Assembly (NCBI RefSeq): GCF_003324675.1
Contig: NZ_CP030918.1
Coordinates: 2,670,001-2,702,000, forward strand
Length of the DNA: 32,000 nt
Reading direction: 5' to 3'
From: Paracoccus suum
GTDB taxonomy: Bacteria; Pseudomonadota; Alphaproteobacteria; Rhodobacterales; Rhodobacteraceae
Of this stretch, positions 26,521-32,000 are shown one piece after another; positions within the stretch are counted from its first letter, which is position 1, and every line of letters starts with the position of its first letter. The translations under genes were made by a program, and so were the position numbers. The notes under the pieces were generated by a model that saw only the letters and a program-made list of their open reading frames with translations, was not told the DNA's origin and did no database searches.

Positions 26521-26529
26521 CCAGAACGG

Positions 26530-26551
26530 AAAAAGGGGGCCAGCAGCCCCG
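26530..26551 (-). terminator. Candidate intrinsic terminator of tctCBA
   Basis: On the minus strand, directly after the tctA stop, the sequence reads GGGGC-TGCTG-GCCCC followed by CTTTTT. Confidence 0.5.
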
Positions 26552-26554
26552 TCC

Positions 26555-28063
26555 TCACCCTTCATCTTCCTGGAAGGCCTCTTCCCGCGTCTTGCGGAAG
26601 CTTGGCAGGATCATCAGTCCTAGCAGCACGACCGTGGCCAGCAGCATGACTAGGCTGATGGGCCGTTCCACGAAGATCGACGGATCGCCTTGGGTGATGA
26701 GCATCGTCCGCCGCAGGTTCGCTTCCAGTAGCGGGCCAAGGACGAAGCCCAGTAGCAGCGGTCCCGGCTCGCATTTCGCCTTGCGGAACAGATAGCCGAG
26801 CAACCCGAAGCCCGCTGCCAGCACCACATCGAAGATGCGGTTGTTCATGCTGTAGACGCCGATGCAGCAGAACAGTAGAATTGCCGGATACAAGAGCCGA
26901 TAGGGCACCGTCAGCAGCCGCACCCACAGCCCGATCAGCGGCAGGTTGATGACGACCAGCAGCAGGTTCCCGATCCACATCGAGGCGACGAGGCCCCAGA
27001 AGATCTCGGGCTGGTTGGTCAGCACCGACGGGCCGGGCGTGATGCCGTGGATCATGAACGCGCTCAGCATCATCGCCATCATGTTGTTGGACGGAATACC
27101 CAGCGTCAGCAGCGGAATGAAGGACGACTGCGCGGCGGCATTGTTGGCTGCCTCGGGCGCTGCGACGCCCTCGGGCACGCCCGTGCCGAACTTCCGCGGA
27201 TGGCGCGAGACTTTCTTTTCCAGCGAATAGGCGCTGAACGAGGCCAGCGTCGCACCGCCCCCGGGCAACAGGCCAAGGAAGGTGCCGACACAGGTGCCGC
27301 GCAATACGGCCCCCCACGACGCCCGGAAATCCTCGCGCGAGGGCCAGAGCCGGGTAAGAGGCGCGACACCTACGCCCTCGGACCCCGAGCGTTCCAAGTT
27401 GGTGATGATCTCGGCGAAGCCAAAGACGCCGATGGCAATGACGATGAAGTCGATGCCGTCAAACAGTTCCAGCGCGCCAAAGGTCAGCCGCTCGGCCCCC
27501 GTCTCTGCGTCGGTGCCGACCATGCCCAGGAGTAGGCCGAACAGGATCATCCCGATCGCCTTTAGTACTGGCCCGCTGGCCAGGATCGTCGCCGCCAGCA
27601 GGCCGAAAAGCATCAGCGAGACATATTCAGCCGGCCCGAAGGACAGCGCAAAGCTGGAAAGCGTCGGCCCGGCGATGGCGATGGCAAACGTCGCCACGGT
27701 GCCGGCAAAGAACGAACCCAGCGCGGCAATGGCCAGCGCCGCCCCGGCCCGGCCCTGCCGAGCCATTTGATAGCCGTCCAGCGCGGTCACGACCGAGGAT
27801 GCCTCGCCCGGCAGGTTGACCAGAATGGCCGTGGTCGAACCGCCGTATTGTGCGCCGTAATAGATGCCGGCCAGCATGATGATCCCGGCCAGCGGCGGCA
27901 GGAAGAAGGTGATCGGCAGCAGCACCGCGATGGTCGCGGTCGGCCCGATCCCCGGCAGCACCCCGATCAGTGTGCCCAGCAGCGCACCGATCAGGCAGAA
28001 GCCGAGGTTGGCGGGCGACATCGCCTCGCCGAAGCCAAGCATCAGCAGGTCAACGAATTCCAT
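26555..28063 (-). CDS. tctA: Tripartite tricarboxylate transporter, large permease subunit
   Basis: 502 aa polytopic membrane protein with the typical TctA N-terminus (MEFVDLLMLGFGEAMSPANLGFCLIGALLGTLIGVLPGIGP). It is adjacent to tctB and tctC. Confidence 0.92.
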   Translation of the reverse strand: MEFVDLLMLGFGEAMSPANLGFCLIGALLGTLIGVLPGIGPTATIAVLLPITFFLPPLAGIIMLAGIYYGAQYGGSTTAILVNLPGEASSVVTALDGYQMARQGRAGAALAIAALGSFFAGTVATFAIAIAGPTLSSFALSFGPAEYVSLMLFGLLAATILASGPVLKAIGMILFGLLLGMVGTDAETGAERLTFGALELFDGIDFIVIAIGVFGFAEIITNLERSGSEGVGVAPLTRLWPSREDFRASWGAVLRGTCVGTFLGLLPGGGATLASFSAYSLEKKVSRHPRKFGTGVPEGVAAPEAANNAAAQSSFIPLLTLGIPSNNMMAMMLSAFMIHGITPGPSVLTNQPEIFWGLVASMWIGNLLLVVINLPLIGLWVRLLTVPYRLLYPAILLFCCIGVYSMNNRIFDVVLAAGFGLLGYLFRKAKCEPGPLLLGFVLGPLLEANLRRTMLITQGDPSIFVERPISLVMLLATVVLLGLMILPSFRKTREEAFQEDEG

Positions 28064-28123
28064 CCCTCACCCCTCCTCGGGCGATGTGGTGTCAGGCGGG
28101 CCGCCGTGGCCCGCCCGCCGTGG

Positions 28124-28585
28124 TCACACAGGCCAGAGGGGCACCTGCACCCCAAGCCCATAGACGAAGACCAGCGCGCCAAAGAGCGTCAGCCCCGCGG
28201 CAAGCAGCAGCGTCGTCCGCCAGCGTCCGCCGGGATCGGCCAGCGAACCGGCAATGATCAGCCACAGCGACGCCAGAACGAAACCAAGATGGGTGGCAGC
28301 AAATGCAAAGCCCACGATGGCGACGGTGATGACCAGCAGCGGGCGCACCCGGATCGCCTCGATCACCTCGGACGGGCTGCGCAAGGCGGACAAGCCGACG
28401 GCCAGCCCCACCCCAACTAGCAGCACGCAGACCAGGCGAGGCATGAACCCCGGCCCCATGCTGGCCAGCGATCCAAACTCGAGCGGCCCCGACATCACCA
28501 GTCCCAGTACCCCGATTCCCAGGAACAGCGCCGCCGTCAGCAGGTCGGGGCGGTTGCCCATGCGGGCGTCCGGCGCGGCCATCAC
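28124..28585 (-). CDS. tctB: Tripartite tricarboxylate transporter, small membrane subunit
   Basis: ~150 aa with four hydrophobic segments, located between tctC and tctA. The start is either the GTG at 28585 or the ATG at 28582; both overlap the tctC stop. Confidence 0.8.
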   Translation of the reverse strand: MMAAPDARMGNRPDLLTAALFLGIGVLGLVMSGPLEFGSLASMGPGFMPRLVCVLLVGVGLAVGLSALRSPSEVIEAIRVRPLLVITVAIVGFAFAATHLGFVLASLWLIIAGSLADPGGRWRTTLLLAAGLTLFGALVFVYGLGVQVPLWPV

Positions 28586-29535
28586 GGGTTTTCCTTGACC
28601 AGCGCCAGGATCTGGCGGAAGCGTTCCAGCCGCGCGGGCATCGCCGCCGTCCAGTCGGCGCCCGACTGATAGGACAGGGGCAGGTTCTGCTGCTTGGCCT
28701 TTTCCAGGAATTCGGGCTTGGCCAGTGCCACCTCGATCGCCTGCGACAGGCGGGTGCGGTCGGCCTCGGGCACGTCGCAGCGGGCTGCAAGGCCGCGTTC
28801 GGACGACATCATCACGTCGAAGCCCTGCTCCTTGGCCGTGGAAAGGTCGGGGGCAAGCGTCGAGCGTTCCTCGGAAAACTGCGCCAGCGCCCGGATGGCG
28901 TTGTGGTCGCTGGTCGCGTATTCGCCTACATTCAGGCCGATCATGCTGACATGGCCACCCAGCAGGGCGGTCTTTGCCTCGTTGGCGCCGGCGAAGGGCA
29001 CGGCGGTCAGGTCGATCCCCGCCGCCTGTTCCAGTTGCAGCATGGCCAGATGTTCGTCGGTGCCGACGCCGGTGGTGCCGACCGAAACCTTGCCGGGGTT
29101 GTCCTTGGCGAAGGCCACCAGGTCGGCCAGCGTCTGATAGGGCGCGCCTGCCTGCACGACGAAGGTGCCGGGATCTTCCACGATGCGCGCCAGCGGGCAG
29201 AGGGCCGCCGGGTCAAAGCGTAGCTTGCGGTCCACCTGCATGGTCAGGAAGCCGGGCGTGTTCAGCGACGAGATGGTATAGCCGTCGGGCTTTGCCTGCG
29301 ACAGCGCCGTATAGGCGATCTCGCCCGAGGCGCCGGGGCGGTTCATCACCGGGATCTGGGTGCCGAGTTCCGCCTCGATGAAGGGCGCGAGCGTGCGCAG
29401 CATGATGTCGGTGCCGCCGCCGGGGGCGAAGGCCACGATCATCTCGATCGGTCGGTCGGTCGGCCATTCGGCCAGAGCGGCGGTGGCGGCCGTCGTCAGG
29501 ATGGCGGCAAGGGCCGCGGATTTCAGTGCGGTCAT
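28582..29535 (-). CDS. tctC: Tripartite tricarboxylate transporter substrate-binding protein (Bug/TctC family)
   Basis: Signal peptide MTALKSAALAAILTTAATAALA, the FAPGGGTD motif and a ~320 aa length are typical of the family. Confidence 0.9.
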   Translation of the reverse strand: MTALKSAALAAILTTAATAALAEWPTDRPIEMIVAFAPGGGTDIMLRTLAPFIEAELGTQIPVMNRPGASGEIAYTALSQAKPDGYTISSLNTPGFLTMQVDRKLRFDPAALCPLARIVEDPGTFVVQAGAPYQTLADLVAFAKDNPGKVSVGTTGVGTDEHLAMLQLEQAAGIDLTAVPFAGANEAKTALLGGHVSMIGLNVGEYATSDHNAIRALAQFSEERSTLAPDLSTAKEQGFDVMMSSERGLAARCDVPEADRTRLSQAIEVALAKPEFLEKAKQQNLPLSYQSGADWTAAMPARLERFRQILALVKENP

Positions 29536-29583
29536 GGTTGTTCCTCCCCAATTCGCGCCGGCAGCGCCGGTCGCATCTCCTCT

Positions 29584-30261
29584 TCAGGCCGGCATCTCGC
29601 AGCCCAGTTCCTTCAGCGCCGCATCGACCCAGGACCGATCGTTGGTTCCGGCGTCGATGGCCGCCATCTGCCTGGTCTCGGCATCGTGCTTGGCGCGGGT
29701 CGCGGCCAGAACGGCCTCGGCCGCATCGAAGGGCACCGCCACCACGCCGTCACCGTCGCCCAGCACCAGATCGCCCGGTGCGATCACCATCCCGTCGATG
29801 GCGATCGGGACGTTGATTTCCCCCGGCCCGTCCTTGTAGGGGCCGCGATGGGTGATGCCCGCCGCGAACAGCGGCAGATTCATCTCGCGGATCGCATCCG
29901 CATCCCGGATCGCGCCGTTGAGGACAAAGCCGGCGACACCGCGCTTGGCGGCATAGGCCAGCATCATCTCGCCCATCAGGGCGTTGGTCAGATCGCCCCC
30001 GGCATCGACGACGATCACGTCGCCGGGCTGGGCCATGTCGATCGCCTTGTGCAGCATCAGGTTGTCGCCCGGCCGCGATTTCACAGTCAGCGCCGGGCCG
30101 GCGAGTGTGCCGTCCTGGTGCATGCGGGTCAGCCGGGGACCGGCGGCGGTCATCCGCCTCATGGCATCGCTGACATTGGCGACCGGCAGTGCGCGGAATT
30201 GCGCGACCAGCTCGGGCGTGACGGCGCGGTTGCGGGTCAGAATGCGGAAACCGATGGTCAT
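29584..30261 (-). CDS. RraA-family protein (HMG/CHA aldolase or oxaloacetate decarboxylase-like)
   Basis: The RraA/demethylmenaquinone-methyltransferase-like pattern is present: LPVANVSDAM ... GDVIVVDAGG ... GEMMLAYAAKRGVAGFVLNGAIRD ... GDGDGVVAVP. Confidence 0.82.
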   Translation of the reverse strand: MTIGFRILTRNRAVTPELVAQFRALPVANVSDAMRRMTAAGPRLTRMHQDGTLAGPALTVKSRPGDNLMLHKAIDMAQPGDVIVVDAGGDLTNALMGEMMLAYAAKRGVAGFVLNGAIRDADAIREMNLPLFAAGITHRGPYKDGPGEINVPIAIDGMVIAPGDLVLGDGDGVVAVPFDAAEAVLAATRAKHDAETRQMAAIDAGTNDRSWVDAALKELGCEMPA

Positions 30262-31262
30262 CTAAGTCCCTTTAAGGAGGTGGCGGGCGCAAGCGCCGCG
30301 CGGTTGGCAATACGGGCGGGCGGCAGGTCGCGCCCGGCCAAGTGGTCGATGATTCCCTGTGCGGCTTCGATGCCGACGCGGGCATTTGCCGCCGTGGTCA
30401 CGCCGCCGACATGCGGTGTCATGACCAGCCGCGGTTCGGCCCAGAAGGGATGTTCGGCGGCCGGCGGTTCCTGCGCGAAACTGTCCAGCCCGGCCCCGGC
30501 GATCTGACCCTTGGCGAGGGCCGCAGCGAGCGCCGCCTCGTCGATCAGCGCTCCGCGGGCGGTGTTGACGATGATCGCGTCGGGCTTCATCATCGCCAGG
30601 CGGCGGGCGTCGATCAGGTTGCGAGTGGCATCGGTCAGCGGCGAATGCAGGCTGATCACATCTGCCTCGGTTACCAGCGCATCGACATCATGGACCCGGC
30701 GGACGCCCGCAGCCTCCATTGCCTCGGCCGGGCAGAAGGGGTCATAGGCGATGACGGTCATTCCCAACGCCTGCGCGATGCGCGCCGTGTGCCGGGCGAT
30801 CGCGCCGAACGCCACCAGCCCAAGGGTCGAGCCAGCGATCTCGCGGCCCTTGAAGCCGGCCTTTTCCCAGCGTCCCTCGCGCAGCCCGCGGTCCAGCGGC
30901 ACCAGCCGCTTGCCCACCGCCAGCAGCAGCGCGATGGCATGTTCCGCGACCGACAAGGCGTTAGCGCCGGTGGCCATCAGCACCGGGATTCCCCGCTCGC
31001 CCGCGGCGGCCAAGTCAATGTTGTCCACCCCCACGCCGTGCTTGGAAATCACCTGAAGCGACGGAGCGCAGTCCATGGTGGCCGCATCCAGCCGGCCCAT
31101 GCGTGAAATGATCCCTACAGGATCGGCGGCACGAACGATCTCTGTCAGACCCTCGCCGCCCGTGTAGGGCGGTACATAGACCGGCGTCAGACCGGCAGAC
31201 GTCAGCAGGTCGACCGCAGGCGCGACAAGGTCGGGCCCGGTGATCAGGACGTTCTTCGGCAT
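30258..31262 (-). CDS. D-isomer-specific 2-hydroxyacid dehydrogenase (PGDH-like)
   Basis: An NAD-binding motif (GLVAFGAIARHTA), ARGALIDEAAL and TPHVGG (catalytic His region) are present. RBS GGGGAGAA lies upstream. The stop overlaps the RraA-like start (ATGA). Confidence 0.88.
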   Translation of the reverse strand: MPKNVLITGPDLVAPAVDLLTSAGLTPVYVPPYTGGEGLTEIVRAADPVGIISRMGRLDAATMDCAPSLQVISKHGVGVDNIDLAAAGERGIPVLMATGANALSVAEHAIALLLAVGKRLVPLDRGLREGRWEKAGFKGREIAGSTLGLVAFGAIARHTARIAQALGMTVIAYDPFCPAEAMEAAGVRRVHDVDALVTEADVISLHSPLTDATRNLIDARRLAMMKPDAIIVNTARGALIDEAALAAALAKGQIAGAGLDSFAQEPPAAEHPFWAEPRLVMTPHVGGVTTAANARVGIEAAQGIIDHLAGRDLPPARIANRAALAPATSLKGLR

Positions 31263-31371
31263 TAATTCTCCCCTTCGCGGCGGATGCAGCCGTCAAGGGG
31301 GACATTACGTCACTAGATATTCTGGACGCCAACGGCTAATTTTAATTCTTAAATGAAGGAACACTTAATTA

Positions 31372-32000
31372 GTGGATACCCGTCAGCTGAAAACCTTGTT
31401 GGCCATCGTCGAAACCGGCGGCTTCGCCAGGGCGGCCGAAAAGGTGCACCTCACGCCCTCGGCCATCAGCCAGCAGGTCCAGGCGCTGGAACAGGAAATC
31501 GGCGCCGCGCTGTTCGACCGCACCAGCCGCCCGCCGCGCCTGACGGCGGCCGGCCAGCAGATGCTCGAGACGGCGCGCGAGGTCCTACAACTGACAGAAA
31601 CCGCGCTTGACGCTATATCCGGGCGTCGCCTGATCGGCACACTGTCGCTAGGGTCGGTACGGACCAGCGCGCTTTCGCTGCTGCCCCGCGCAATCGTCGC
31701 ACTGCGCGATGCCCGTCCCGGCCTGCGGGTCAAGCTGCGCGTCGGCCTGTCCGATGGACTGCTGCTGGACGTGGCGGCGGGCCGTCTGGACGCGGCAATG
31801 GTCGCCGAGCATCTACGCCTGCCGCCTGGCCTGCGCTGGCGCCCGTTCCTGTCCGAACCGCTGCTGGTGATCGCGCCGCCGGACTATCCCCTGATGACCG
31901 CCGAGGACTACCTGCGCAACTGCCCCTTCATCCGATTCGGCAGCAACGTGCCTCTTGCCCACATCATCGACCAAGAACTCAGCCGGCTGGACATCCGGCT
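31372..32000 (+). CDS. LysR-family transcriptional regulator (partial; runs off the window)
   Basis: This gene is absent from the ORF table because it starts with GTG and has no stop in the window. GTG at 31372 follows AAGGA, and an in-frame TAA lies just upstream. The translation VDTRQLKTLLAIVETGGFARAAEKVHLTPSAISQQVQALEQEIG is a canonical LysR wHTH. It is divergent from the dehydrogenase operon. Confidence 0.88.
   Translation, partial: MDTRQLKTLLAIVETGGFARAAEKVHLTPSAISQQVQALEQEIGAALFDRTSRPPRLTAAGQQMLETAREVLQLTETALDAISGRRLIGTLSLGSVRTSALSLLPRAIVALRDARPGLRVKLRVGLSDGLLLDVAAGRLDAAMVAEHLRLPPGLRWRPFLSEPLLVIAPPDYPLMTAEDYLRNCPFIRFGSNVPLAHIIDQELSRLDIR

Noticed and set aside
31353-31610. ORF 31353..31610(+) and antisense ORF 31383..31733(-) from the ORF table.
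   Set aside because: Both are out of frame with the clear LysR wHTH reading frame that starts at the GTG at 31372. Their translations are R/G/P-rich noise.
1-32000. A scan for CRISPR arrays, rRNA, additional tRNAs, retron-like or other defence modules, and intact toxin-antitoxin pairs.
   Set aside because: I saw no regularly spaced direct repeats, no rRNA-like segments and no second cloverleaf. Every intact ORF of meaningful size outside the island could be given at least a general annotation: a housekeeping, transport or polysaccharide family, or, for one small ORF, a generic secreted hypothetical call. This was a by-eye scan, so short or degenerate elements could have been missed.

Overview
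This is a high-GC chromosomal segment. Gene families and codon style look alphaproteobacterial, probably Rhodobacterales-like, but that is inference and no search was run. Most of it is ordinary core metabolism. In order: opgG-opgH (osmoregulated periplasmic glucan synthesis, + strand); prfC (-); a small secreted protein; a long minus-strand leucine/isovalerate catabolic (liu-type) operon containing ivd, two tandem DUF1311 secreted proteins, an acyl-CoA synthetase, mccB, mccA, a GST and HMG-CoA lyase; a HIT protein; a GT14 glycosyltransferase divergent from a partial capsule-export block (kpsT-like, kpsE-like, kdsA); an HI0933-type flavoprotein; and tRNA-Gln(UUG). Next comes a ~4.2 kb decayed island (22306-26529) made only of pseudogene fragments: a large serine recombinase, an IS6-family element, a second recombinase fragment, a type I hsdR fragment and an XRE/MmyB-like regulator fragment. 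The window ends with a LysR-controlled module (2-hydroxyacid dehydrogenase, RraA-like aldolase, tctCBA). I found no CRISPR array, no rRNA and no intact defence or toxin system. I see no convincing intact novel system. The points most worth a second look are: the structured noncoding segment between the tRNA and the recombinase; the perfect palindrome in front of ivd; the secreted DUF1311 pair inside a cytoplasmic CoA-ester operon; and the incomplete kps-like locus with its GT14 fusion protein and extended KpsE. All family calls come from reading motifs in the supplied translations, not from database searches.
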